The notes beneath the pieces were generated by a model. That model was not told the origin of the DNA. It saw only the letters and a list, made by a program, of their open reading frames with translations, and ran no database searches. Position numbers and translations under genes: made by a program. From an uncultured Acidobacteriota bacterium (GTDB taxonomy: Bacteria > Acidobacteriota > UBA6911): a stretch of DNA of 64,000 bases. Where the stretch lies: positions 128,001-192,000 of the forward strand of contig CAWHCF010000041.1 of assembly GCA_963827655.1 (NCBI GenBank), read 5' to 3'. Shown here piece by piece: positions 50,932-62,121 of this stretch. Position 1 is the stretch's first letter, and every line of letters begins with the position of its first letter.

Positions 50932-51495
50932 ATGATCCGGGTAAACCTTCTGAAGGACCACGGGGCCGACGCCAAAAAGCCGGCAGCCGAACCGCGGGGC
51001 TCTCGCATGGGCCTGGCGCTGATGGCCTTCTTTATTCTGATTTTATCCGGGATGGGAACCTCGTGGTACTACCTGGAAAACCAGGTCAGGATTCTCAAGG
51101 AACAGCGCGACACACTCAGGACCGAGAATGAGCGCTTGCAGCAGTCGAGAAAACAGATCGATGAATTGGAAGAACTGAAACGCCTGCGTCAGAGCCGGAT
51201 CGAAGTCATCGAGAAGCTAAGAGACACTCAAACCGGCCCTGTGCTGATTCTGAATCACGTGATCCGGAGCATGCCGCGCGACGCGGCTCTGTGGTTGACT
51301 GTACTCGATCAGAAGGCGGATCGAGTACAGATCAAAGGATACGCCATGCGCGGCGAATCGATTCCAGATTTCATGAGCAACCTGTCCCAATCGGGATATT
51401 TCACAACCGTTGATCTGGAGTTGATCGAAGTCGAAAAGAATGCCGCGCGGTTTTCTCTTGGATGCAGCACGCTGCGTAAGACTCCGTCGGAGTGA
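50932..51495 (+). CDS. pilN: Type IV pilus assembly protein PilN
   Basis: IRVNLL motif, TM, coiled coil. Confidence 0.9.
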   Translation: MIRVNLLKDHGADAKKPAAEPRGSRMGLALMAFFILILSGMGTSWYYLENQVRILKEQRDTLRTENERLQQSRKQIDELEELKRLRQSRIEVIEKLRDTQTGPVLILNHVIRSMPRDAALWLTVLDQKADRVQIKGYAMRGESIPDFMSNLSQSGYFTTVDLELIEVEKNAARFSLGCSTLRKTPSE

Positions 51496-51499
51496 ACCC

Positions 51500-52090
51500 A
51501 TGGATTATCATGTCGAGAACCTGCCCGGTTCCGGGCAGGCCGTAGTTTTCGCCGCGCTGGCGGCCGGCCTGGTGGCTGTCTTCTACGTTTTCTATCTGCG
51601 CGGCCCCCTCGAAGAGCGCGAGCACCTGCGCGACGAATTGACTCGGCTGGAGCCGGCCATCGCTCAGGGAAAGACCGTCGAACGCCAGCTGAGCCGCTGC
51701 AAGAGCGATCTCGCCCGGCTCGATCAACGGTTCGCAATCCTGCGCAGCATCCTGCTGCCCCCTGAGGAAACCGCTGTCGTCGTCCGGGCCGTTCAGCAGA
51801 TGGCTAGCGCGAGCAATCTTAAAATTACCCGGTTCACTCCGCAGCCGGTGGTGCCGCGAGCTTTTTATTCCGCCTGGCCAGTCATCATGGAGGTCGAGGG
51901 AAATTACCACGCACTGGGTCTCTTTTTCGAGAAGGTCAGTCGACTCGCTCGCATCATTAACATAGACCACATGACGATTAAAGGCATCGATGGCTCAAGC
52001 GATTCCTTCCGCACGCTCTCGGCCGTCTTCACTGCCACGACCTTCGTCCTCAAGGAAGTCCCCGCGTCAACCAGACCCGATCTGCCATGA
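51500..52090 (+). CDS. pilO: Type IV pilus assembly protein PilO
   Basis: TM, coiled coil, GNYHALGLFF...RIIN. Confidence 0.88.
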   Translation: MDYHVENLPGSGQAVVFAALAAGLVAVFYVFYLRGPLEEREHLRDELTRLEPAIAQGKTVERQLSRCKSDLARLDQRFAILRSILLPPEETAVVVRAVQQMASASNLKITRFTPQPVVPRAFYSAWPVIMEVEGNYHALGLFFEKVSRLARIINIDHMTIKGIDGSSDSFRTLSAVFTATTFVLKEVPASTRPDLP

Positions 52091-52572
52091 AACAGAGCGG
52101 TTGCCATTGGGCTCTAGTCGGAACGGCTCTTTATCTGGTTTTTGCCTCACAGGGCTTGGCGCAAACGGGTGGGCGCGAGCCGAGCAAACCCAGGAAGGAC
52201 GAGCCGGCAGAACCTGCGGCCGCCGTAGTCCGGTACCAATCTGCTGGTCGACGCGATCCGTTTCTTAACCCGCTGATCCTGGGCAAGAAATCCGACGACG
52301 AGGAGGAGAGTCGGGGCGAGCCACCTCCCGGAATCGAGGGAACATACCTCGAGCAGGCTGTACTCGTGGGCATCTCCCGGAGAGAGGGAGCGCGGACTGC
52401 GGTTTTCCAGGGACCCGACCGGCGGGCGTATTTCCTCCAGGAAGGCGACCGGATGTTCGACGGCTATGTAAAGACGATTCAGGACGAGTCGGTCCTGCTG
52501 ATGCGCGAGACCCGTTTGAGATCCGGCAAGGTTTTGACACAAGAAGTAACCAAAACGCTGAGATCGCGCTAG
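52087..52572 (+). CDS. pilP: PilP-like protein
   Basis: GRRDPF motif; position between pilO and pilQ. Confidence 0.72.
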   Translation: MKQSGCHWALVGTALYLVFASQGLAQTGGREPSKPRKDEPAEPAAAVVRYQSAGRRDPFLNPLILGKKSDDEEESRGEPPPGIEGTYLEQAVLVGISRREGARTAVFQGPDRRAYFLQEGDRMFDGYVKTIQDESVLLMRETRLRSGKVLTQEVTKTLRSR

Positions 52573-52593
52573 CGGCCGGCGAGGAGGGCGGCT

Positions 52594-54078
52594 ATGAAAA
52601 TCAAGTCGATCAGACATGCGGGCTTTGAATCAAGGAACGTGCGCCGGGTCGCAAGTGCGTCGATCCTGGTTTCCCTGCTAAGGTTTGCCGAGAGCCCCGC
52701 TGCACAGACGCCCCCGTCTCCGCTTCCTTCTTCCACGGCGACTTGGGACGGAAGGTTCTCTGGTCATCCGTTGACTCTCGACCTCGTAGACCTGCCGCTG
52801 GTGGATTTTTTCCGGCTCATGGCGCAAGAGGGCGGAATCAACGTCGTCATCGATCCGGAAATCAAAGGAAGCATCTCGATCAAAGTTGTCAAGTTACCCT
52901 GGGACCAGATCTTCGAAGCTGTGCTGCTCAACCACGGTCTGGACAAACACGTCGAAGGCAACCTTGTCCGCATCGCCACAAAACTGACTCTGCAAGAGGA
53001 AGCGCAACAGCGAGAGTCGCTGAAGACGGCAAACCTCCTGGCCGCCGACCTGGAAACCCGAATCAAGCGCTTGAACTATGCCAAAGCCGCGACCTTCGTC
53101 GCCGCGCTGACAGACCAGAAAACCGTTCGCGGAACCGTGGTAGTCGATGAGAGGACAAATTCGCTGATCCTCACCGATATTCCGCCCTCGCTCGATAAAA
53201 TGATCGAGCTGGTAGAGTCGCTGGACATACCACAACCTCAGGTGGAGATCGAGGCGCGCATTGTTTCAGCGTCGCGCGACTTTGCGCGCGATATTGGAGT
53301 GCAATTTGGATTCGTTCAGGGAAATTTGCAGCGGGTCAGCGTCGGTGGCCCGAACACCTTTGGAACCATTGGAGGCACCCGGCCGGCGGCCACGCCGATC
53401 ACCACATTCGCCGGCGGGAATGCCGCGAGAGGACGCGGCTCGCCTGACAGCATATCCAGTCAGTCGGCCGGAGTCAGCACGGGCACCGGAAATCAGAATG
53501 CGGGAAATCTCAACCTCAACCTCCCGGCCCTGAAGCCATTCGGCGGGATCGGCATTTCGGTCGGCAACATTCTCGATACATTTCTTCTGGACGCCGCAAT
53601 TACGGCAGGGGAAAACAACGGCCTGGCCAAATTGATCTCTCAGCCGAAAGTCACGGCTCTGAACAATCACGCCGCCAGCATCACCCAGGGGCTCCGCTTC
53701 CCGGTTCAGATCGTCGCCAACAACACGATCGCTGTGCAATTCCAGAACGCGGCCCTTAACCTGACGGTGACGCCGCAGATTACCGTCGAGGGGAACATAA
53801 TCCTCGACCTGAAGATCGAAAACAATACGCCCGATTTCTCGCGATCGGTAAATGGAATCCCCTCCATCCGCACGAGCGAATCCGTGACGCGAGTCCTGGT
53901 GAGCGACGGCGGAACCACTGTCATCGGCGGTATCCTGGTGGAGGATGAGACGACCCAGGAGGAGCGAATTCCGGGTCTGGCTTCTCTGCCGCTCATAGGA
54001 AATATCTTCCGGCGCTCCGCAGTTGCACGCAGCGTCCAGGAAGTTCTCTTCTTCATCACCCCCAGGATCGTGAAGTAG
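52594..54078 (+). CDS. pilQ: Type IV pilus secretin (short, no AMIN domains)
   Basis: VDERTNSLI, QVEIEARIV, VTPQI, GGI, IPGLASLPLIG, FITPRI. Confidence 0.92.
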   Translation: MKIKSIRHAGFESRNVRRVASASILVSLLRFAESPAAQTPPSPLPSSTATWDGRFSGHPLTLDLVDLPLVDFFRLMAQEGGINVVIDPEIKGSISIKVVKLPWDQIFEAVLLNHGLDKHVEGNLVRIATKLTLQEEAQQRESLKTANLLAADLETRIKRLNYAKAATFVAALTDQKTVRGTVVVDERTNSLILTDIPPSLDKMIELVESLDIPQPQVEIEARIVSASRDFARDIGVQFGFVQGNLQRVSVGGPNTFGTIGGTRPAATPITTFAGGNAARGRGSPDSISSQSAGVSTGTGNQNAGNLNLNLPALKPFGGIGISVGNILDTFLLDAAITAGENNGLAKLISQPKVTALNNHAASITQGLRFPVQIVANNTIAVQFQNAALNLTVTPQITVEGNIILDLKIENNTPDFSRSVNGIPSIRTSESVTRVLVSDGGTTVIGGILVEDETTQEERIPGLASLPLIGNIFRRSAVARSVQEVLFFITPRIVK

Positions 54079-54119
54079 CCCAACGCTACGGCACCTCTTC
54101 GCCTTCGGAGACCGGCCGC

Positions 54120-54839
54120 CTACTTCCACGTGATCTCCATGCCGAAGAAGTGCATGAACACCTGTCTATTCGGGCGATTTTTTGGATTCTGCTCCGGGCT
54201 TCGAATGTAAAAATCGATCTGCTGTGTCGCCGGATTGGTTTCGCCGCCCGGCAGTTTCTTGTTTGCCATCGGATAGTTGACGCGCAGGGACTTCCGGTCG
54301 CGAAGCCCCTGCGTTACCATGAAGTGCATTTCGTAGTCCCGGTAGAGGGGCTTTCCATTGAGCGTTGCGTGCCCGAACCCCCAACCCGCCAGAAAACCGA
54401 CCGTCTTCGGCCAGTTGTTGTCTCCACACCCCGAATCAGTTCCGTGCTCGTGGATGTACGCGACGATGCCGCCGTTCTGACACGGGCTGAATTCGTTCCA
54501 CCTGTCCATTGCCAGCACCAGTTCGCCTTCGGGAATCTTCAGTCTAGCTTCGAACGTACCCGTGTTCCGGATTTCGTTCACATCGATCTCGGCCGTCCCG
54601 GCAACAGGACGCACGTTCTTCGCTTCGTTGTCCAGATGGTCCCAACCGTCAGGATCATTCAGGCCTCCGACCATGTAGATGCGATTCGCTGAAATCACGA
54701 AATGCCCGTCGTACAAGTCGTGTTGTTCCGGCGCGTAGATGTGGACCAAAGCGCCCGGCTGCTGCCGGGGATTGGGTCCCTGCTGCGCGCCGACTGACGC
54801 CCCCAGGACCAGACTCAATATCAGCATGCCCCTTCCCAT
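54120..54839 (-). CDS. Secreted hypothetical protein
   Basis: AGGAGG RBS; signal peptide; 239 aa. Confidence 0.78.
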   Translation of the reverse strand: MGRGMLILSLVLGASVGAQQGPNPRQQPGALVHIYAPEQHDLYDGHFVISANRIYMVGGLNDPDGWDHLDNEAKNVRPVAGTAEIDVNEIRNTGTFEARLKIPEGELVLAMDRWNEFSPCQNGGIVAYIHEHGTDSGCGDNNWPKTVGFLAGWGFGHATLNGKPLYRDYEMHFMVTQGLRDRKSLRVNYPMANKKLPGGETNPATQQIDFYIRSPEQNPKNRPNRQVFMHFFGMEITWK

Positions 54840-54885
54840 AAAGCCCTCCTGTTTCCACGTGCTCCGAAACGAAAAAGGATTATAC

Positions 54886-54901
54886 TGAAACGACTGTTAC
54901 A
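54886..54901. promoter_or_regulatory. Palindromic operator candidate TGAAAC-GACT-GTTACA
   Basis: Reverse complement matches 62085-62100 at 15/16; next to a minus-strand TATAAT (54879-54884). Confidence 0.65.
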
Positions 54902-54966
54902 AAGTAAAACGCGTGACGGACGCGCGTTCGCCGCTGCCGATGCGGCATCGGCGGTAAAGGATCGGT

Positions 54967-56059
54967 ATGATTGCCTCCCATTCACAGCGGGACCGTTTCG
55001 CGACCGCGCGACCCGCAGCCGCCTCCCGCCGTTGGCTGCTGTTTGTGCATCAGCTTCCCCCGAACCCTTCGAACCTTCGCGTTCGCACGTGGCGCCGCCT
55101 TCAACAGATTGGAGCGCTGGCGGTCAAGCAGGCAGTATACGTGCTCCCGGATTCGCCCAACGCTCGCGAGGACTTCGAATGGTTGAAGACGGAGATCGAG
55201 GCTAACGGCGGGCAAGCGAGCGTCTTTGCGGCCGACACGGTTGATACCTGGTCGAACGACGCGCTGGTTGAAGAGTTCCGGCGCTCGCGCGAAATGGCGT
55301 ACACCGAGTTGGCACGCGAGGCTGAACGGATACTGGCTCGGACAGGTGCCGGCCCGCGCCGCTCCAAGCGCATGCTTTCACGCCGCACCGTGCAACGACT
55401 GCGAGAGCGACTCACGGCGATTGAACATGTGGACTTCTTTGGCAGTGCGGGCCGCGACCGCGTGCTCGTGCTCGTCCGGCAGATTGAGGAACGCGCCATC
55501 GGAACGCAGCGCGGTGGCGGCGAAAGCGCCATCGGGCGACGCGCCGACGTCATACAAGGCACGACTGTGGGTGACTCGCCCGCGTCCGGGCGTCGACCGC
55601 ATGGCGTCGGCATGGCTCGTCCGGCGCTTCATCGATCCCGAAGCGCGTTTCGCCTTCGCCGCAGATCGAAACGCGGTGCCTGATGATGCGATTCCGTTCG
55701 ACATGTTTGGCGTGGAGTTCAGTCATCAAGGCGAAGGCTGCACGTTCGAGACGCTATGCACCGTCTTCGGCATCGAGGAGGCCGCGGTCAAGCGGCTTGC
55801 GCCGATTGTTCACGATCTCGATCTGAAGGATGCCCGGTTTGGCGCACCCGAAGCCGCCACGGTAGGGGCTGTCATCGAGGGACTGCAGCTCGCGCACGCC
55901 GACGATGACGCGCTGCTCGCGCACGGCATCGTGCTATTCGACTCACTCTATCGAGCGTTTGAAAAGTCAGCGCGGTCGGCGGGGCCGCGGGCTCTTGCGA
56001 AGCCCCGACGGAAGGAGTCCAAACATGCCCGGGCGTCACGGCCCCGAGGCAATCCATAG
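54967..56059 (+). CDS. chrB: ChrB-family chromate resistance / regulator protein; frameshift near 55530
   Basis: WLLFVHQLP...RVRTWRRL, IEHVDFF; then WVTRPRPGVDRMASAWLVRRFID, FDMFG, CTFE. Confidence 0.85.
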
Positions 56060-56068
56060 TCGTCAGGT

Positions 56069-57337
56069 GTGACCCATGAGCTCACCCCCAGCGGCCAGCC
56101 GCAGCTCCGAGATCGCTCACGCGATAGCGATCGCCGAGGAACTCCATTCCGGTGCGGCGCCGTCGCATTGATTCGTCTGTGTGCAGCCGGCTTCGTCGCG
56201 TACTGCAGCTACGCGATCTGCAGGACGCCGTTGCTGCCCCTGTTCGCGAGTGAACTGGGCGCTGGTCCAGCATTGATCGGGTTCGTGATGGGCGCGTCGA
56301 CCCTGACGGGCATCGTGGTGAAGCTACCGGCCGGCGCCTTGTCTGATGTGTTCGGGCGGCGCCGGCTGCTCATTGCAGGTGCGCTCGTCTTTGCCAGCCT
56401 GCCGTTCACCTACCTCCTGGCAACCGCGTTGTTCGTGCTCGTCCTGCTGCGATTCGTGCACGGCGCAGCAACAGCCATCTTCGGGCCGGTGGCCTCAGCG
56501 AGTCTCTCTGACATTGCGCCACCGGCGAGTCGCGGCGCCTGGCTCAGCGCATACTCCACCGCTCAGGGCGCAGGCCAGGCGCTGGGGCCTGTGCTCGCCG
56601 GGTACCTGATCGCGGCCGGCCGCTTCGATCTGGCGTTTCTCGCGTCGGGTCTCATCGGTGTGGCGGTGCCTCTCATCATCGCCGGCTGGCGCACCACGTC
56701 TCCCGCACGATCGAATCGTGCGCCATGGCAGGAATTCAAGCGTGGCGTCGCCGAGGTCGGACGCGATCGGCTCGTCCTGGTCACGAGTGGCGCACAAGCC
56801 GCACAGTTTGTCTTGAACGGCATGCTTAATGCCTTCTTGCCGCTTTACGGCCGCGATGTCCTGGGACTGACGGCCGCGGAACTGGGCTGGCTGTTCGGTC
56901 TCCAAACGGTCACGACGCTGGCCATCCGTCCCGTCATCGGTTTCGTGTCGGATCGAGCCGGCAGGCGATGGGTCATCGTGACCGGCCTCATGATATGCGG
57001 CGCAGCGGTCCTCCTGGTCTCGATCGCCACAAATCGGGCCACGACCGTCACGGCGATTCTCATGTACGCCGCTGGGGTGGCGACGACCACTGCCGCCACG
57101 ACCGCATACATCACGGACGTGACACGCCGGGCACGCTATGGAGCCGCGCACGGCGTGTTCGGGACCATCTACGACATCGGCGACGCCCTCGGCCCGATCG
57201 CAGCCGGGCTACTCGTCGCGGCTGTCGGGTACGCGCGGATGTTCCAGGTTATGGCAGCGGTTGCGCTCGTCATGGCCGTCGCATTCGCCATCACATCAAG
57301 GCCGGTGACCACCGAACGAGTATCCCAGGGCGCGTGA
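56069..57337 (+). CDS. MFS transporter
   Basis: GALSDVFGRR and GFVSDRAGRR motif A; 12 TMs. Confidence 0.9.
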   Translation: MTHELTPSGQPQLRDRSRDSDRRGTPFRCGAVALIRLCAAGFVAYCSYAICRTPLLPLFASELGAGPALIGFVMGASTLTGIVVKLPAGALSDVFGRRRLLIAGALVFASLPFTYLLATALFVLVLLRFVHGAATAIFGPVASASLSDIAPPASRGAWLSAYSTAQGAGQALGPVLAGYLIAAGRFDLAFLASGLIGVAVPLIIAGWRTTSPARSNRAPWQEFKRGVAEVGRDRLVLVTSGAQAAQFVLNGMLNAFLPLYGRDVLGLTAAELGWLFGLQTVTTLAIRPVIGFVSDRAGRRWVIVTGLMICGAAVLLVSIATNRATTVTAILMYAAGVATTTAATTAYITDVTRRARYGAAHGVFGTIYDIGDALGPIAAGLLVAAVGYARMFQVMAAVALVMAVAFAITSRPVTTERVSQGA

Positions 57338-57375
57338 TGCCGACTGGCCGTAGCCACAGAGAGAGGAAACCTCTC

Positions 57376-58035
57376 ATGAAAATGGCCAGGTTGTTACTGC
57401 CGCTCGTTGCGTTTGGCGCGACCCTCGTTGTCCATGCGGCGAGTCGAAGAGTCGACTTCTCCGACGACGCCGTGGGGCAGCCGCCGAAGGGCTTTGAATT
57501 CGGTCACACGGCCAAAGCAGGCGCACCCGGCAAGTGGATCGTGCAGGCTGAAGGCACGAACAAGTATCTGGCACAGGTGGACGCGGACAACACGCGCGCC
57601 CGGTTTCCAGTGGCCGTCGTGAGCGACATCAGTGCTGCCGATATCGATCTGTCCGTTCGGTTCAAACCCGTGTCGGGCCGTGTGGACCAGGCCGCGGGCC
57701 TCGTGTGGCGCTTCCAGAACGAGGACAACTATTACATCGTCCGCGCGAACGCGCTCGAAAACAATGTCGTGCTGTACAAGGTCGAGAAAGGTAACCGCAC
57801 CGATCTCCCGGTCAAGGGAGAGGGCCGCACGTACGGCAAGAAGGCGCAGGTCCCGTCGGGGCAATGGAGCACGTTGAGAGTGGTGGCCGCCGGACCTCGC
57901 TTCGAGGTGCATTTCAACGGGAGCAAGCTGTACGAGGTGGAAGACACCACCTTCAGTCAGGCCGGCAAAGTCGGCGTGTGGACCAAGGCCGACTCCGTGA
58001 CCCAATTCGACGATTTAACGGTCACCACCAGGTAG
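57376..58035 (+). CDS. Secreted concanavalin/LamG-like (DUF1080-like) protein
   Basis: Signal peptide; GRVDQAAGLVWR, YYIVRANALENNV, GKVGVWTKADS. Confidence 0.75.
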   Translation: MKMARLLLPLVAFGATLVVHAASRRVDFSDDAVGQPPKGFEFGHTAKAGAPGKWIVQAEGTNKYLAQVDADNTRARFPVAVVSDISAADIDLSVRFKPVSGRVDQAAGLVWRFQNEDNYYIVRANALENNVVLYKVEKGNRTDLPVKGEGRTYGKKAQVPSGQWSTLRVVAAGPRFEVHFNGSKLYEVEDTTFSQAGKVGVWTKADSVTQFDDLTVTTR

Positions 58036-58041
58036 CCGATT

Positions 58042-59080
58042 ATGCGTTCACCGTGTGGCATCACCCTCCTTCACCTCGCGACGGCCGCTCGTCGTCACAT
58101 TGGCCGGGTGTCGGTCGTCCGAACCGCCCCGAAATGCCTCTCGGACCGTCACGATCTATGTGTCAACGGATCGCGTCTTTTCTGAGCCGGTGCTTCGCGA
58201 GTACGAACGGCGCTCCGGCGTTCGAGTCAACGCCGTGTACGACACCGAAGAGACGAAGTCGACGGGGTTGGCCAACCGACTGCTCGCAGAGAAGGCCCGG
58301 CCTCAAGCCGACGTGTTCTGGTCGAACGAGCCCGTCCGCACGCTGGTGTTGAAATCACGCGATGTCCTGGCATCGTATCGATCGCCCAGTGCCGACGGAA
58401 TCCCTTCTCTGCTCGTCGACCCGGACGGGTACTGGACCGGTTTCTCGGCGCGCATGCGGGTGCTCGCCTACAACACGAAGATGGTCAAGGCGGAAGACGC
58501 ACCCGGATCCATTTTCGACCTGGCGGAATCGAAATGGAAAGGACAGGTCGCGATGGCGGATCCGCGGTTCGGATCGACATCGTTCCATGTCGCCGCACTA
58601 TACGCCCTGGCCGGCGACGACAAGATGGATGCCTTCTTCAAGCGACTCAAGGCCAACGATGTGCGCATCGTCGATGGCAACTCGGTCGTGCGAGACCTGG
58701 TGGCCCGCGGTGAGGTCAAAGTGGGCCTCACCGACACGGACGATGTGAATGTGGCGATCGAGAACGGTCAGCCGGTGGGTATGGTCTTGCCGGACCGGGA
58801 TGGACTCGGTGTGCCGGTCATGCCGAACATGGTTTCGCTCATTGCCAATGCGCCGCATCCGCAGGACGCGAGACAACTCATCGATTACCTGTTGTCGGCA
58901 GACGTGGAGCGACAACTCGCGCAGTCGGAGGCCGTGCAGATCCCGTTGCATGCCGGCGTCCCCGGTCCGAAGAACATTCCGCCGATCAACAGTTTCAAAC
59001 CCATGACGCTCGACTTCGCAAAGGCGGCCCGTCGAGTCGAGGACGTGACGACCCGTCTCGCGACGATTCTCGGCCTGTAA
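58042..59080 (+). CDS. Fe3+-type ABC substrate-binding lipoprotein; frameshift in the signal peptide
   Basis: LAGC lipobox; YDTEETKSTGL, PQADVFWSNE, TDTDD. Confidence 0.85.
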
Positions 59081-59102
59081 GGAGTCGATCGTTTACAACG
59101 AC

Positions 59103-60673
59103 ATGTGGCGATGGCAGTCCAGCCGAACCCTGGTAGTTGGTATCGCGCTTGTCATGTTCATTGCGTGCTGCGTCATGCCGGTCGGCCATCTGCTCGCGGT
59201 GTCGCCGGGCGGCGTGGGCGCTTACACAGTCGGTGATGCTGGATACGCGCCAGCGCGGGCTTCTCGCCAACAGCGCGCTTCTCGGCGCCGGGACCGCAGT
59301 GCTTGCCACCGCGATCGGCGCCCCACTGGGTCTCGCGCTCGCACGCATCTCCCTGCCACGGAAAGGTCTGCTTCGCCTCGCGCTCGCGGCGCCGGTCCTG
59401 CTGCCGCCGTACATTGTCGGACTAGCCTGGACATATCTCGGCAGCGGCAGTGGATGGCTGGCGAGAGTTGTCGGCGCCGATCTGATATCACTCTGGACCT
59501 ACAGCCTTCCGGCGGCCATCCTCGTTCTGAGCCTCGTGTTCTACCCGGTTTCCATGCTCGCCACAGAAGTGGCGCTGCGGCAGATCGACGGCCGACTCGA
59601 GGAAGCCGCGCTCGTCGTCGCTTCGCCCGCTCGCGTGCTGGGGCGCATCACGCTGCCGCTAGCCCTGCCGTCAGTCCTCGCGGCGACGCTCCTGATCTTC
59701 GTGCTCGCGGTATCCGAGTTCGGCGTCCCTGGCCTGCTCCGGGTGCGCGTGTACACTACGGAGGTCTTCACGGCCTTCGCCGCGCTGTACGACTTCACTC
59801 GCGCCATCCTCCTCACCGTTCCACTCCTCGTTCTCTGTTTGGCCGTTGCGTCCGTCGCCGCCCTCATGGGAGGGCGTCTTCTGGTCACGCGCCGCAGTGC
59901 CGGCGTCCGTCCGCTTATGTTCGACGCATGGCGGCAACCAGCGACAGCCGGCGCGATCGCCGTGCTGGCGATTGGTCTGGTACTGCCGCTCGCGATCCTG
60001 GTCGGCGAGGCATTGGGCGCTCGATCGCTGTCTACCGTGTTCGCGGGGTCCGGTGAAGCCATTTCAAACAGCCTGGTGCTGGCGACCGCAGGTGCCACGG
60101 TGGTCGTTATCGTGGCGGCCGTGCTCGGCTACGGACGAACCAGGGTCGGCGCACGAATCGGAGGGATCGCCGACGTTCTCTTCGTCGTGCTCTTCGCGGT
60201 GCCGAGCACGATCGTCGGCGATCGGTTTGATCAGTCTGTGGAATCGACCGGGCCCGCTGGGCATGGTCTACGGGACAGACGCGATGCTGCTTCTGGGATA
60301 TTCGGCGCGGTTCCTTCCGGTCGCAGCGCTCGCGGTCGCCGCGAGCGCCCGCTATGTGCCTATCTCGCACGAGGAGGCTGCCGCGGTCAGCGGTGCCGGA
60401 TGGTTTCGCACGATGTGGCGCATCGTCCTGCCGCAGATGCGCATGGGTCTGGCTGCAGCGTGGGTCATCGCGTTCGTTCTGGCATTCGGCGAGCTCGGCG
60501 TGAGCATTCTCGTGGCGCCGCCTGGTGAAGCGACGCTGCCGGTTCGCGTCTACACCCTCATCGCGAATACGCCTCCCTCGCACGTAGCCGCCCTGGCACT
60601 TCTGCAAGCCGGCGTTATCTTTGCCCTTCTCGCCGCGCTCGCAGCGGCCGTTTCGTTGCGGGAGGGCCGATGA
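59103..60673 (+). CDS. FbpB-like duplicated ABC permease; frameshifts near 59228 and 60220
   Basis: Two EEAA loops (LEEAALV, HEEAAAVSG) spread over three overlapping ORFs. Confidence 0.85.
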
Positions 60674-61369
60674 AGGGGTCGCAGCTCTCCATCAAGAACG
60701 TCACCAAACGCTTCGGCGCGCATCAGGCGCTCAACGATGTCTCCCTGGAGGTCGCAGCCGGAGAAGTCGCCGTGATTCTCGGTCCGAGCGGCTGCGGCAA
60801 GACAACGCTGTTACGCTTGATCGCGGGGCTGGACCCGCCTGACAGCGGCGAAGTGTGGCTGGCCGGGCGTCAAGTGTCTGTTCCAGGTCGAACCATGGTA
60901 TCACCGTATGATCGCGAGATCGGCTTTGTCTTTCAGGACCTGGCGCTGTGGCCACACCTCACCGTCCGGAGGAACCTGGAGTTCGTCCTCGAATCCGGCC
61001 AGGTGCCCAGGAGCGACCGGCTTGTACGCGCGCGTGACGCCCTCACCCTTGCTCGTGTCGACGGGCTCGCGAACCGATTTCCGCACGAACTGTCGGGCGG
61101 TGAGCAACAGCGCGTGGCACTGGCCCGCGCCCTCGTCGGTCGTCCGCTGCTTCTGCTTCTCGACGAACCGCTCTCGAGTCTCGACCCGGAGTTGCGGGCC
61201 ACGCTTCGGACCGAACTCGTTCAGCTTCAGCGGGCATCCAACGATGACGACGGTGTACGTCACGCACCACCGGGAGGATGCAAGCGCGCTCGCCGACTGC
61301 CTCATCGAGATGCAGGCCGGCAGAGTCGTCTCGACGAGTAGGACCGAAAGACTGGAGGCGCGTGCATGA
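60670..61369 (+). CDS. ABC ATP-binding protein (FbpC-like); frameshift near 61240
   Basis: GPSGCGKTT, LSGGEQQR, LDEP; YVTH in the shifted frame. Confidence 0.9.
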
Positions 61370-62004
61370 GAGTGGCTCTGCTTGTCGCCTTTGCGCTACT
61401 GCGCTCGGTTCACGCGATGGCACAGGGCACACCCACATGTCGACTGCTGTGCGCTCCTGAGTTTAATGTCGAACCCACCCTCACCTTCACGAACCTGTTC
61501 GGATCTCCACGCATTGCTGACGACCAGGGCACCGTCAAGCGAGAGTCGCGCGAACGCGAATTCGAACTGATCCTCTCGCTCGCGCTGCCCACGCGAACGT
61601 CCTGGCTGGAGTTCACGGTGGAAGCCATTTTTCTTCCATTCGAGCGCGAGAGCACACCGGAGCTCGAGTTCGAGACCAACCTGATCTGGCTATCCTCGGA
61701 ACGTACCCGCGGCTGGCTGAGCTCCCACTTCGACATCGTGGACAAGTTCAGCGCGGCCGAACGCCCGACGGATCGCCGCGCGTACACGCACAAGCTGAAT
61801 TTCGAGCTCGATACGGGTTTCGCGCTATTCAACTGGTTGCCGCCAGGCCGCTGGCTGCGCGGCTTTGAACTCGAGGGGTCGCTCGACTACGTCGCGACGG
61901 GATTACCCAGGGCCGGTGACAGCCTTGGCGGCATTCGCTTCCTTGACCATGCAAGCCCCTGGTCGTTCTCCGTGGTGTTTGTCCTTCCCATTGCCCCTTG
62001 GTGA
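61366..62004 (+). CDS. Secreted hypothetical protein, possibly an outer-membrane beta-strand protein
   Basis: Signal peptide; alternating hydrophobic pattern; overlaps the ATPase stop. Confidence 0.65.
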   Translation: MRVALLVAFALLRSVHAMAQGTPTCRLLCAPEFNVEPTLTFTNLFGSPRIADDQGTVKRESREREFELILSLALPTRTSWLEFTVEAIFLPFERESTPELEFETNLIWLSSERTRGWLSSHFDIVDKFSAAERPTDRRAYTHKLNFELDTGFALFNWLPPGRWLRGFELEGSLDYVATGLPRAGDSLGGIRFLDHASPWSFSVVFVLPIAPW

Positions 62005-62084
62005 TGGCGTATCGCAAACGCCCTCCTTACAGTGACTGCCTCCCGGTCCTGACGATTGCATTCTGTAACGAATATGTTTTAGTA

Positions 62085-62100
62085 TGTAACAGTCGTTACA
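62085..62100. promoter_or_regulatory. Palindromic operator TGTAAC-AGTC-GTTACA overlapping a candidate promoter
   Basis: Perfect 6-4-6 palindrome just after TTGCAT-N18-TAGTAT; extra half-site TGTAAC at 62064. Confidence 0.68.
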
Positions 62101-62121
62101 CAATCATTTTGGGAGACGAAC

